A stretch of 64,000 nt of DNA from Gemmatimonadales bacterium (lineage in GTDB: Bacteria > Gemmatimonadota > Gemmatimonadetes > Gemmatimonadales > GWC2-71-9): positions 32,001 to 96,000 of the forward strand of contig JBBQFH010000003.1 of NCBI GenBank assembly GCA_038321865.1, in the 5' to 3' direction. The notes beneath the pieces were generated by a model. That model did not search any database, was not told the origin of the DNA, and was given only the letters and a program-made list of their open reading frames with translations. The translations under genes were made by a program, and so were the position numbers. Position 1 is the stretch's first letter. Each line of letters begins with the position of its first letter. Positions 47,263 through 57,172 of the stretch are shown here, one piece after another.

Positions 47263-50200
47263 ATGCTTCCCTCCCTGATGCTGCTGGCCGCGCTGGCCGG
47301 CGCTCCGCAGGACACCGCCCATATCGTCATCGTCGCCACCACCGATGTCCACGGCCGTGCCACCGCGTGGGAATACGTCACCGGCAAGCCATTCGGCGGC
47401 GGGCTGGTGCGCGTGGCGACGATCGTGGACTCCCTCCGGAAGCGCTATCCCGGGCAGGTGATCGTCGCCGACGCCGGCGACCTGCTCCAGGGCGATCCGT
47501 TCGCCGCCTACTACGCGACCGTCGGCCCGCGGGATCCCAACCCGATCGTCGAGGCCATGAACCTGGTAGGCTACGATGTGGCCACGCTGGGCAATCACGA
47601 CTTTAACTGGGGCCTCCCGTTCCTGCGGCGCTCGCTGGCCGGCGCCGCCTTTCCGTATGTGAGCGGCAACGTCTACGACCTGCCGGCCGACACGCTGCTC
47701 TATCCGGCCTACGTCGTGCTCCGGCGCCAGGGCGTCCGGGTCGGCGTCGCGGGGTTCACGACGCCGGGCGTGATGCTGTGGGACCGTGAGAACGTGAAGG
47801 GGAAGGTCCGGGTGGGCCGGGTGTCGGCGAGCGCCGGGGCGGTGCTGCGGAACCTCGCCCGCGACGCCGATCTTCGCATCGTGCTGATTCACAGCGGCAT
47901 GGACGGGGCGGCGTCCTACGACACGACGGGTGTCGGCGACGAGAACGTCGCCGCGACGCTCGCCGCGCTGCCGTCGAAGCCCGACCTCGTGCTGGTGGGC
48001 CATTCCCACCGCGAGATGCGCGACTCGGTGATCAGCGGCGTGCACTTCATCCAGCCGAAGAACTGGGCGCAGCAAGTATCGGTCGCCCACGTGGACCTGA
48101 TCCGTGACCGAGGCCGCTGGCGGGTCATGCGGATCACCGGTGAGCTGGTGCCGCTGGCCGATGTGCCGCCGGCTCCGCGCCTGGCCGCCCGGCTGGAAGC
48201 CGCCCAGCGTGACGTCCAGGCCTGGGTGGCCCAGCCGCTCGGCCAGGCGGCAGGGGCGATGCGCTCCACCTTCGGCCGCGCGGAGCCGACGGCGATCGCC
48301 AACTTCGTGAATGACTTCCAGCGGAAGCACACCGGCGCCCAGCTGTCCACCACCTCGATCTTCAACACGGCGTCGGGGTTCAGCGCCGGACCGATCCGGC
48401 TGGCCGACGTCGCCGGCGTCTATCCCTACGAGAACACCCTGCGGGCCGTGCGCATCAGCGGCGACGCGCTCAAGGCGTTCCTGGAGCAGAGCGCCCGCTA
48501 CTACCGGAGCGATCCGTCGGGCCACGTCTCGATCAACGACAGCATCGCCGGGTACAACTTCGACATCGTCGGCGGCGCGACGTACGACATGGACCTCCGG
48601 CTTCCGGTGGGCAGCCGCATCCGGAACCTCGCGGTCGGCGGACGGCCGGTCGCGTCCACCGACACCTTCACCTTCGCCGTCAACAGCTACCGGCAGGCGG
48701 GCGGCGGCGGATACGACATGCTGCGCGGCGCGCCCGTCGTCTATGACCGGGGCGAGAACATCCGGGACCTGCTGGTGGACGAGATCCGCGCCCGCGGCAC
48801 GATCGACCCGGCCGCCTACACCCGCTCGGAGTGGCGGATCCTAGGCGATGAGGCCGCGGGCGAGGCGCACGCGCTCGCGGGCGGGGCACCCCCGGTCCGG
48901 GCCAGCACACCCCGCACGCCGGCCGACAGCATCATCCTCCGCGTGCTGGCGATCAGCGACTTCCACGGCGCGCTCCTGCCCAGGGTGCAGAGCTGGTCCA
49001 AGGGCCGGCTGGCCGGCGGCGCCGCCGCGCTCAAGGCACGGATGGATACCGCCGCCGCGCATTGCGGCGGCTGCCCGGTGCTCCGGGTCGATGCCGGAGA
49101 CGAGATGCAGGGCACCCTCGAATCCAATCTGTTCTACGGGCGCTCGACGATCGAGGTGTTCAACCGCATGGGGATCCAGGCCGCCGCGGTCGGGAACCAC
49201 GACTTCGACTGGTCGGTGGATACCCTCCGCCAGCGGATGGCGCAGTCGCGATATCCCTGGCTGGCGTCGAATATCTTCGACTCGACCACCGGCCGCCGGC
49301 CGGTCTGGGCGGTGCCGTACCGGATCCTGACTGCGGGCAAGCTGCGGGTGGCGGTGATCGGATGGATCACGCCGGAGACGAAGACGATCGTGAAGGCGGA
49401 ATTCGTGCGCGGGCTCCGCTTCGCGGCCGGCGCGGCCGCCATCCGCGACGTGATCGCCGACGTGCAGGCGCAGAAGCCCGACGTGACCATCCTGGTGGCG
49501 CATTCCGGGGCGGTGTGCGACTCGCTCGGCTGTTCCGGCGAGATTCTCGACCTTGCCCGGGAACTGGGGCCGGCGGTGGACATGATCGTCGCGGGGCACA
49601 CGCACCGGCTGGTGAACGTAGCCGTCGGGGGCGTGCGGGTCGTCGAGGCGCGGAGCAGCGGCACCGCGCTCGGCGTGCTCGACCTGCTCCGGACGCCGGT
49701 GGGAAGCCGGCTGGAGCAGAGCCGGGTCGAGTCGGTGTACGACGATGAGGTCACCCCGGACACCGCCGTCGCCCGCATCGTGGCCGCGTACGCGGCGCGC
49801 ACCGATACGCTGGCCCGGCGCGTCGTGGCGCAGATCAAGCTCCCGCTCCCCAAGACGGGGGACCAGGGGCAGTATCCGCTCGGCAATCTGATCGCGGACG
49901 CGCAGCGCAACGTCGCCCGCGCCGACCTCGCGCTGATGAACAACGGCGGCATCCGGGGAACGGGACTGGCGGCCGGCCCGCTCACCTACGGCCAGCTCTT
50001 CCAGTTGAGCCCGTTCCAGAACAACGTCGTGCGCGTGACTACCACCGGCGCGGTGATTCGGCAGGTGATGGAACATGCGCTCGAGTCCGGCCGACCGGAT
50101 GCGCATATCTCGGGCTTTACGGTGCGCTACGATACGATGAAGCTGGCCGGGCATCGGGTGATGGAGATGCGACTGGCCTCCGGGCGGCGCATGACCGACA

Positions 50201-50388
50201 AGGCGACCTATACCCTCGCGACGCTCGATTTCCTCCAGACCGGCGGCAGCGGGTACGCGATGCTGATCAACCAGCCCACCCAGCGGGGCTTCGGCACCGA
50301 TATCGACGCGCTGCTGACCTACCTGCGCCGCCTGCCCCAGCCGGTCGAGGCGCCGGAGGCGCCGCGCATCGTGCCGGTGGGCCGGTGA
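47263..50388 (+). CDS. Secreted tandem 2',3'-cyclic phosphodiesterase / 5'-nucleotidase
   Basis: Two metallophosphoesterase motif sets (TDVHG, DAGD, GNHDF, GHSH; SDFHG, DAGD, GNHDF, GHTH), each with a C-terminal domain. Confidence 0.9.
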   Translation: MLPSLMLLAALAGAPQDTAHIVIVATTDVHGRATAWEYVTGKPFGGGLVRVATIVDSLRKRYPGQVIVADAGDLLQGDPFAAYYATVGPRDPNPIVEAMNLVGYDVATLGNHDFNWGLPFLRRSLAGAAFPYVSGNVYDLPADTLLYPAYVVLRRQGVRVGVAGFTTPGVMLWDRENVKGKVRVGRVSASAGAVLRNLARDADLRIVLIHSGMDGAASYDTTGVGDENVAATLAALPSKPDLVLVGHSHREMRDSVISGVHFIQPKNWAQQVSVAHVDLIRDRGRWRVMRITGELVPLADVPPAPRLAARLEAAQRDVQAWVAQPLGQAAGAMRSTFGRAEPTAIANFVNDFQRKHTGAQLSTTSIFNTASGFSAGPIRLADVAGVYPYENTLRAVRISGDALKAFLEQSARYYRSDPSGHVSINDSIAGYNFDIVGGATYDMDLRLPVGSRIRNLAVGGRPVASTDTFTFAVNSYRQAGGGGYDMLRGAPVVYDRGENIRDLLVDEIRARGTIDPAAYTRSEWRILGDEAAGEAHALAGGAPPVRASTPRTPADSIILRVLAISDFHGALLPRVQSWSKGRLAGGAAALKARMDTAAAHCGGCPVLRVDAGDEMQGTLESNLFYGRSTIEVFNRMGIQAAAVGNHDFDWSVDTLRQRMAQSRYPWLASNIFDSTTGRRPVWAVPYRILTAGKLRVAVIGWITPETKTIVKAEFVRGLRFAAGAAAIRDVIADVQAQKPDVTILVAHSGAVCDSLGCSGEILDLARELGPAVDMIVAGHTHRLVNVAVGGVRVVEARSSGTALGVLDLLRTPVGSRLEQSRVESVYDDEVTPDTAVARIVAAYAARTDTLARRVVAQIKLPLPKTGDQGQYPLGNLIADAQRNVARADLALMNNGGIRGTGLAAGPLTYGQLFQLSPFQNNVVRVTTTGAVIRQVMEHALESGRPDAHISGFTVRYDTMKLAGHRVMEMRLASGRRMTDKATYTLATLDFLQTGGSGYAMLINQPTQRGFGTDIDALLTYLRRLPQPVEAPEAPRIVPVGR

Positions 50389-50630
50389 GCGACGCCATCA
50401 GGGTGTTCGTGAACGAGCGGCCGGTGGAAGTGCCGGCCGGGAGCACCGTGCTGCGCGCCGTTCGTGTCTTCGATTCGACGCTGGCGAGCCGGCTCGAATC
50501 CGGCCAGGCGTACGTGACCGATGGACGAGGGATTTCGATTCCACCCGACGTGCTGCTCTCGCCAGGCGCGATTCTTCGCGTGGTGGTATCGGCCCGGCGC
50601 GCGGAAGAAAGTCCGGATGCTGACGCGTGA
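50385..50630 (+). CDS. Small beta-grasp-like hypothetical protein
   Basis: IRVFVNERPVEVPAGSTVL; overlaps both neighbours. Confidence 0.7.
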   Translation: MSDAIRVFVNERPVEVPAGSTVLRAVRVFDSTLASRLESGQAYVTDGRGISIPPDVLLSPGAILRVVVSARRAEESPDADA

Positions 50631-51642
50631 GCTGCTCCGCCGGCTCCCGAAGGCCGAACTGCACAACCACCTCGACGGCTCCCTCCGGCCGGCGACGATG
50701 GTGGACCTGGCGCGGGCGCAGAAGGTCGAACTCCCGACCTCCGATCCCGACGCCCTCGCCCGGCACATGCTGGCGAGCGACGCGCGAAACCTCGAGGACT
50801 ATCTCGCCCGCTTCGATCTGACGATCGCGCTGCTGCAGACGCCCGAGGCGATCGAGCGGGTAGCGTACGAGATGTGCGAGGACGCGGCGCGGGACGGCGT
50901 GCGCTACATCGAGGTCCGCTACTGCCCCCATCTCAGCAACCGGCAGGGGCTGTCCCTCGATCAGGTGGTGGAGGCGGAGCTCCGGGGTTTCGCCCGGGGG
51001 CGAGCCGATTTCGGCATCATCCCGCAGGTGATCAACTGCTCGCTCCGGCATTATGATCCCGGGCTGTCGGCCGCCATCGCCCGTCACTCGGTGGAGTTCC
51101 GGGACCGGGGCGTAGTCGCGTTCGATCTGGCCGGGGGCGAGGCAGGCCGTCCGCCGTCGGTGCACCGGCACGCATTCGACATCGCCGCCGAGGGGAATCT
51201 GGGAATCACGGTCCATGCGGGGGAGGCCGCCGGGGCGGAATCGATCGCGGAAGCGGTGCATCAGTGCCACGCCAACCGGATCGGGCACGGCACCCGCCTG
51301 TACGAAGACCCCGTCCTGCGCGATTATATACGGGACCGCCGTATCCTTCTCGAGTGCAACGTCACCAGCAATCTGCAGACCCGGGTCGTCACGCGGGCGG
51401 GCGAGCATCCGGTGCGGATGTACTTCGATGCCGGGCTCAACGTCACGCTCTGTACCGACAGCTGGCTGATGAGCGGCGTGATGCTGAGTGACGAGTACTG
51501 GCTGGCGCATGCCGAGCTGGGCTTCGACCGCGCGGGGATCGACCGGATGATCCTCAACGCCTTCGAGAGTGCGTTCTATCCGTGGCCGGAGCGGCAGGCG
51601 CTCGTGGCCCAGGTGCGCGAGGAGCTGGCCGACCTCCGCTAG
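50617..51642 (+). CDS. add: Adenosine deaminase
   Basis: PKAELHNHLDGS, HAGE, RIGHG. Confidence 0.93.
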   Translation: MLTRELLRRLPKAELHNHLDGSLRPATMVDLARAQKVELPTSDPDALARHMLASDARNLEDYLARFDLTIALLQTPEAIERVAYEMCEDAARDGVRYIEVRYCPHLSNRQGLSLDQVVEAELRGFARGRADFGIIPQVINCSLRHYDPGLSAAIARHSVEFRDRGVVAFDLAGGEAGRPPSVHRHAFDIAAEGNLGITVHAGEAAGAESIAEAVHQCHANRIGHGTRLYEDPVLRDYIRDRRILLECNVTSNLQTRVVTRAGEHPVRMYFDAGLNVTLCTDSWLMSGVMLSDEYWLAHAELGFDRAGIDRMILNAFESAFYPWPERQALVAQVREELADLR

Positions 51643-51692
51643 GCGTTTGTTCGCCCTTCTTCCCACCGTCGAATCCAGGGGACGTCCGCCGC

Positions 51693-53174
51693 ATGCCTAC
51701 GATCCGTTGGTCGCCGCCCGCGGGACTTCGGAAGTTCGCGCTTGCCGTCATCCTGGTGACCGCGGGCATCGCCGCCTCGCTGTTTCTTCCGGCCGCGGCC
51801 GGCCGCGCGGCGACGACCCTCGCCGCGCAGCCGGTGCAGACTCCGGCCGCCGGCGCGGATCAGCGCCCCGCCGTGGATTCCCAGCTGGCGCACCCGACGC
51901 CCCCGGCGCCCGACGTGACCCAGCCGGCGCCGCCGGCGGCGGCGCCGGTCACGCTGCTCACGCGGCTCAGCGGCCTGTTCGGGATCGCGCTGATCCTGCT
52001 GATCGGCATCGCGATGTCCCACAACCGCCGGGCGATCAAGTGGAAGATCGTCGCCTGGGGGCTGGGGCTGCAGTTCGCCTTCGCCGTCTTCGTCCTGCGG
52101 GTGCCCTTCGGCCAGCGGCTCTTCCGCGCGCTCGGCGACTTCGTGACGACCATCCTGCACTACTCCTACGCCGGGTCCTCGTTCGTCTTCGGCGAGATCG
52201 GGAAGCCGAACTCGAGTCTCGGCGTCATCTTCGCCTTCCAGATCCTGCCGGCGATCATCTTCGTGTCGGCGCTGTTCGCGATCATGTACTACCTGGGCAT
52301 CATGCAGGTGATCGTGCGCGCCTTTGCCGTCGTGATGAGCCGGCTCCTCGGCGCCAGCGGGGCCGAGAGCCTCAACGTGGCGGCCTCGATCTTCATGGGG
52401 CAGACGGAGGCGCCGCTCACCATCCGGCCGTTCCTGCCGAGGATGACGCGCTCGGAGCTGATGACGGTGATGACGTCGGGCATGGCCCACGTCTCCGGCT
52501 CCATCATGGCCGCCTATATCGCCTTCGGGATCGAGGCGCGGCACCTGCTCACGGCGGTGATCATGACGGCGCCGGGCACCATCATGATGGCGAAGCTGTT
52601 CGAGCCGGAGACCGAAGTGCCCGAGACGTCGGGCAACGTGACGATCAACATCCCGAGGACCGACGTGAATCTGGTGGACGCGGCCGCGCGCGGGACGGGG
52701 GAGGGGCTGCACCTCATGCTGAACGTGATCGCGATGCTGATCTCGTTCATCGCATTGATCGCGCTCGTCAACGGTCTCTTCGGCGCGCTGCACGGATACG
52801 CCGGCTGGTTCCCCGCCGACATCCAGACGGTGCTCGGCTGGGTCTGCCGCCCGGTCGCGTTCGCGATGGGTGTGCCCTGGAAGGACAGCGAGACGATCGG
52901 CAGCCTGCTCGGCACCCGCGCCGTGCTGAACGAGTTCATCGCCTACTCGCAGCTCGGCCCGCTCAAGGCGACCCTCGACCCGCGCTCGTTCACCATCGCG
53001 TCGTTCGCGCTCGCGGGGTTCGCCAACTTCAGTTCCGTCGGCATCCAGATCGGCGGCATCGGCGCGCTGGCCCCCGAGCGGAAGGGCGATCTGGCCCGGC
53101 TCGGCTTCCGTGCCATGCTCGCCGGCACCCTCGCCAACTTTCTCTCGGCGACGATCGCCGGGATCCTCCTCTGA
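51693..53174 (+). CDS. NupC/CNT nucleoside transporter
   Basis: FMGQTEAPL, NEFIAY, GFANFSS. Confidence 0.92.
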   Translation: MPTIRWSPPAGLRKFALAVILVTAGIAASLFLPAAAGRAATTLAAQPVQTPAAGADQRPAVDSQLAHPTPPAPDVTQPAPPAAAPVTLLTRLSGLFGIALILLIGIAMSHNRRAIKWKIVAWGLGLQFAFAVFVLRVPFGQRLFRALGDFVTTILHYSYAGSSFVFGEIGKPNSSLGVIFAFQILPAIIFVSALFAIMYYLGIMQVIVRAFAVVMSRLLGASGAESLNVAASIFMGQTEAPLTIRPFLPRMTRSELMTVMTSGMAHVSGSIMAAYIAFGIEARHLLTAVIMTAPGTIMMAKLFEPETEVPETSGNVTINIPRTDVNLVDAAARGTGEGLHLMLNVIAMLISFIALIALVNGLFGALHGYAGWFPADIQTVLGWVCRPVAFAMGVPWKDSETIGSLLGTRAVLNEFIAYSQLGPLKATLDPRSFTIASFALAGFANFSSVGIQIGGIGALAPERKGDLARLGFRAMLAGTLANFLSATIAGILL

Positions 53175-54010
53175 TGGGCGGCCCGGCCGCGGACGAGCTG
53201 GCCCGGATGATCGCCGCCGCGAGCGCCGCCATCCGCGCCCGCCTGGATGGCCGGGCGCCGACCGTGGCGATCGTGCTCGGATCCGGCATGGGATTCCTGG
53301 CCGAGCAGGTGCATAACGCGGTCCGGATTCCCTACCGTGATATCCCAGGATTCCCGCTGCCCACGGTGCAGGGGCACGGTGGCGAGCTGGTGATCGGAGG
53401 GCTGGCCGGCAAGACCGTCATCGCGCAGAGCGGACGGTTCCACATGTACGAAGGCCCCTCGGCGCGGGTGAGCAGCCTGGCGGTGCGCGCCTTCGGCGAG
53501 CTGGGCGTGACGACACTGCTCCTGACGAATGCGGCCGGCGGCATCCGGCGCAGCTTCACGGCCGGGACGCTCATGCTGCTGTCGGATCACCTGAATCTGA
53601 CGGGCCGCAATCCGCTCATCGGCGCGGTGCTCGCGGGCGAGGAGCGTTTCCCCGACATGTCGGATCCGTACGACGCGGGGCTTCGCGCGATCGCGCGCGA
53701 GGTGGCGCGCGAGCGGAAGGTCGCGCTGGCCGAAGGGGTGTATGCCGGCCTGCTGGGACCGACCTACGAGACGCCGTCCGAGGTGCGGATGCTCGAGCGC
53801 CTGGGGGCGGACGCGGTGGGGATGTCCACGGTCATCGAGGTCATTGCCGCGCGGGCGCGCGGCATGCGCTGCCTCGCGATCAGCACGGTCACCAATCTCG
53901 CCTCGGGCATCAGCCCGACGACGCTGTCACACGCGGAAGTGATGGAGACGGCGGAGCGGGTGAAGGGGGAGCTGGGTACGCTGATCGAGGGAATTGTCGA
54001 GCGGATCTAG
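53174..54010 (+). CDS. punA: Purine nucleoside phosphorylase (trimeric type)
   Basis: VLGSG, GRFHMYEG, TNAAGG, GPTYET, VGMST. Confidence 0.9.
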   Translation: MGGPAADELARMIAAASAAIRARLDGRAPTVAIVLGSGMGFLAEQVHNAVRIPYRDIPGFPLPTVQGHGGELVIGGLAGKTVIAQSGRFHMYEGPSARVSSLAVRAFGELGVTTLLLTNAAGGIRRSFTAGTLMLLSDHLNLTGRNPLIGAVLAGEERFPDMSDPYDAGLRAIAREVARERKVALAEGVYAGLLGPTYETPSEVRMLERLGADAVGMSTVIEVIAARARGMRCLAISTVTNLASGISPTTLSHAEVMETAERVKGELGTLIEGIVERI

Positions 54011-54813
54011 CGATCGGCGGGCGAGTCGGGCCGCGCAGCGACGGTATGATCGAGCGGCCCGTGGCCCCTGCCAATGCCGGGCGCGGAGCGCATCGCCCGG
54101 CGGACGAAGTCGAGGGCGTCCGCCACGGCCGATTCCAGGTCCCGGCCCAGCGCGAGCCCGGCGGTGACGGCTGCGGAAAGGGTGCAGCCGGTCCCATGCG
54201 TCGAGGTCGTCGTGATGCGCGGATGATCGAAGCGCCGCACCCCGGCACGAGTGACGAGCACGTCGGTCACGAGCGCGCCGTCGAGATGTCCGCCCTTGAC
54301 CAGTGCCGCACCGGCGCCGAGCTCGAGGAGTGCGCGGCCGGCCGTGGCCATCTGTTCCGCGTCCCGCACCTCGTGGCCCACCAGAAGCTCGGCCTCGTCG
54401 AGATTGGGCGTGACGAGCGTCGCCAGCGGCAGGAGCAGGGTGCGGATGAGCGAGACCGCATCGGCATCGAGGAGGCGGTCCCCCGATGTGGCGACCATCA
54501 CCGGGTCGAGCACGTACGGGCGCCACTCCCGGTCGCGGAGAGCGCCGGCCACCTGTTCGACGAGCGCCGCGTCGGCCAGCATCCCGGTCTTCACGGCATC
54601 GGGAGGCAGATCGTCGGCCAGCGCGTCGAGCTGCGCGGCGACGATCGCGGCGGGAGCGGCATGCACCGCCCGGACACTGATCGTGTTCTGCGCCGTCAGG
54701 GCGACGATGACGGACGTGCCGAACACACCGAACTGCTGGAACGTCTTGAGGTCCGCCTGGATGCCGGCCCCGCCTCCCGAATCGGAGCCGGCGATGGTCA
54801 GCGCGATCTTCAC
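54007..54813 (-). CDS. thiD: HMP/HMP-P kinase
   Basis: IAGSDSGGGAGIQADLKT, HGTGCTLS. Confidence 0.95.
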   Translation of the reverse strand: MKIALTIAGSDSGGGAGIQADLKTFQQFGVFGTSVIVALTAQNTISVRAVHAAPAAIVAAQLDALADDLPPDAVKTGMLADAALVEQVAGALRDREWRPYVLDPVMVATSGDRLLDADAVSLIRTLLLPLATLVTPNLDEAELLVGHEVRDAEQMATAGRALLELGAGAALVKGGHLDGALVTDVLVTRAGVRRFDHPRITTTSTHGTGCTLSAAVTAGLALGRDLESAVADALDFVRRAMRSAPGIGRGHGPLDHTVAARPDSPADR

Positions 54814-55628
54814 GGCTGCTTGACTTCCTTGGGCGCAGGCGGCAGCGCCGCGAGGCGGCGCTTGAGGTCGGTGAAGGCCGCCAGATCGGTCTGGCCGTTG
54901 CGGACGGCCGCGGCCGCGCCAGGCGTCGTGGCGATGACCCGTTCGGTGTTGCCGATGCGCTCGACCGCCATCGGGTGTGACGCGAACCACTGCTCCACCT
55001 TGTTCGGCTCCGACTGCTCGAGGCTTTGCAGCAGCTGCAGCATGTGGGTGATGCCGGACGGATCGATGTGCGCGCGGGTCAGCCCGATCACCGCCATCGA
55101 GTCGGCCTGGCGCTCGTCGTCCCGGCTGAACTTGGCGAAGACCGCGCTGCCGGCCAGCCCCACGGCCGCCTGATCCACCTGGCCGGGCTGCCGTCCGAGC
55201 AGGATGTAGGCGAGAGTGACGCCGGCGTTGGCCACGTTCTGCTGGCCCATCTGTTGCGCCGAGTGGCGCAGATCCACATGGCCGATCTCGTGCATGACCG
55301 CGCCGGCGAATTCATCGTAATGCCGGGCCCGGGCGATCAGGCCGCGAAAGACGTAGATGTGCCCGCCCGGGACGGCAAAGGCGTTCACCTGGTCCGAATT
55401 GACGATGTGGAAGTCCCAGGCGAGGTCCTGGCGGACGGCCACGCGCCGGAGCGGGTTGACCGTCTGATTGAAGACCGAGGTGATCCCACCGTCGTTGATC
55501 AGCGGGAGCTTCTGGGCGATCTGGGCGGCGTAGTCGTTGCCCATCTGGACTTCCTGCTGGACCGACGGCGCGCAGGCCGCCAGCGCGAGCAGGCCCATTC
55601 CGGCGAGTGTACGATCAAAGGCTGACAT
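54810..55628 (-). CDS. M48 family metallopeptidase lipoprotein
   Basis: VNAFAVPGG, HEIGH, ERQAD, ASHP; LAAC lipobox. Confidence 0.9.
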   Translation of the reverse strand: MSAFDRTLAGMGLLALAACAPSVQQEVQMGNDYAAQIAQKLPLINDGGITSVFNQTVNPLRRVAVRQDLAWDFHIVNSDQVNAFAVPGGHIYVFRGLIARARHYDEFAGAVMHEIGHVDLRHSAQQMGQQNVANAGVTLAYILLGRQPGQVDQAAVGLAGSAVFAKFSRDDERQADSMAVIGLTRAHIDPSGITHMLQLLQSLEQSEPNKVEQWFASHPMAVERIGNTERVIATTPGAAAAVRNGQTDLAAFTDLKRRLAALPPAPKEVKQP

Positions 55629-56400
55629 GAGCGGCTCCTTGCAATCCATGATTCGGGATCTCGGCCGGCGGCGGGGCCGGGAACGGCGCGGGCTCGCGCT
55701 GGCCGAGGGCGTGCGACTGGTCGAGGAGGCGATTGCGGCGGGAATCGCATTTCGCGGCGCCGCGATCTCGCCCGTGCTGGAAGGTACCACGCGCGGGAGG
55801 GCACTTAAAGCGCGGCTGGTGGAGCTGGGGGTCGCGCTGGAAGAAGTGTCCGGGCCCGAGCTCGATGCGCTGGCCGACACGGAGCATCCGCAGGGCGTCG
55901 TCGCGGTGATCACGCCCCGGGAGTGGGCGCTGGCCGATATCGTGACCGAACCGGGCGCGGCGGTGCTCGTGCTCGACGCGGTGCAGGATCCGGGGAACGT
56001 GGGCACGATCGTGCGGACAGCGCACGCGCTGGGTGCGGCCGGCGTGATCGCGCTCCGGGGAACGGCCGAACTCACCAATCCCAAGGTGCTCCGCGGCAGC
56101 ATGGGTGCGGCCTTTCGGCTTCCGTCCGTGTCGGCCGATGACGGCGAGCTGCTCGCGTGGGCCGCGGAGCGATCGGTCGAGCTCTGGGTGGCGGCGGCCG
56201 ACGGCGCGCCGCTTCGCCGCGGCGAGTCGCGCCCGCAGTCGGTGGCGATCATCGTCGGGAACGAAGGGGCGGGGGTGCGGGCACGGCTGGCCGATGCGGC
56301 GTCCCGCCGCATCGCGATCCCCATCCGTGCCAACGCGGAATCGCTCAATGTCGCGATCGCGGCCGGCATTCTTCTCTACGAGGTCCTGCGTGACGATTGA
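55627..56400 (+). CDS. TrmH/SpoU RNA methyltransferase
   Basis: QDPGNVGTIVR, GNEGAG, ESLNVAIA. Confidence 0.92.
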   Translation: MSGSLQSMIRDLGRRRGRERRGLALAEGVRLVEEAIAAGIAFRGAAISPVLEGTTRGRALKARLVELGVALEEVSGPELDALADTEHPQGVVAVITPREWALADIVTEPGAAVLVLDAVQDPGNVGTIVRTAHALGAAGVIALRGTAELTNPKVLRGSMGAAFRLPSVSADDGELLAWAAERSVELWVAAADGAPLRRGESRPQSVAIIVGNEGAGVRARLADAASRRIAIPIRANAESLNVAIAAGILLYEVLRDD

Positions 56401-57172
56401 CCTTCCGGTTCCCATCCTGATCGGCTTCGCCGCGCTGCTGGGTGCCGTCATCGGCAGCTTCCTCAACGTCTGCATTCTGCGCTGGCCGGCCGAGCAGTCG
56501 GTCGTGCGGCCGCCGTCGCGGTGCCCGCGCTGCGGCGCGGGGCTCAAGCCGTGGGACAACATCCCGATCATCTCGTGGCTGCTCCTCCACGCCCGGTGCC
56601 GGAACTGCGGCGAGCCGATTTCGGCCATCTATCCGCTGATCGAGCTGGCGACGGCCGTCATCTGGGCCACGATGGTCTGGCAGCACGGCGCCACCCTCGA
56701 GGCGCTTCGGGCCTCCGTGTTCGGCACCATCCTGCTCGGCATCGCCATGACCGATCTTCGCGAATACATCATCCCGGACGAGTTCTCCCTCGGCGGGCTG
56801 GTGATCGGGCTGCTGTTCAGCCTGGCCGGCGGGCTGCCGACGATCGAGACCGCTGTGCTCGGGGCGGCTGTGGGATTCGCCGTGCTGTGGCTGGTGGGCG
56901 TGCTGGGCACGTGGGCGTTCAGGAAGGAAGCGATGGGCGGCGGCGACATCAAGATGATGGCGATGGTCGGTGCCTTCCTTGGCTGGCAGGGGGTGCTGCT
57001 GACGATCTTCCTCGGTGCGCTCCTCGGCACGCTGATCTTCGTCCCGATCACGCTGATCAAGAAAGACAAGCTGGTCCCCTTCGGCGTCTTCCTCGCACTC
57101 GGCGCGGCCGCGACGTACATCTTCGGTCCCCAGATGCTGGCGTGGTATCGCGTCTACCTGGAGAACGCATGA
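56390..57172 (+). CDS. pilD: Prepilin peptidase
   Basis: GSFLNV, CPRC..CRNC, MGGGDIK, PFGVFL. Confidence 0.92.
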   Translation: MTIDLPVPILIGFAALLGAVIGSFLNVCILRWPAEQSVVRPPSRCPRCGAGLKPWDNIPIISWLLLHARCRNCGEPISAIYPLIELATAVIWATMVWQHGATLEALRASVFGTILLGIAMTDLREYIIPDEFSLGGLVIGLLFSLAGGLPTIETAVLGAAVGFAVLWLVGVLGTWAFRKEAMGGGDIKMMAMVGAFLGWQGVLLTIFLGALLGTLIFVPITLIKKDKLVPFGVFLALGAAATYIFGPQMLAWYRVYLENA

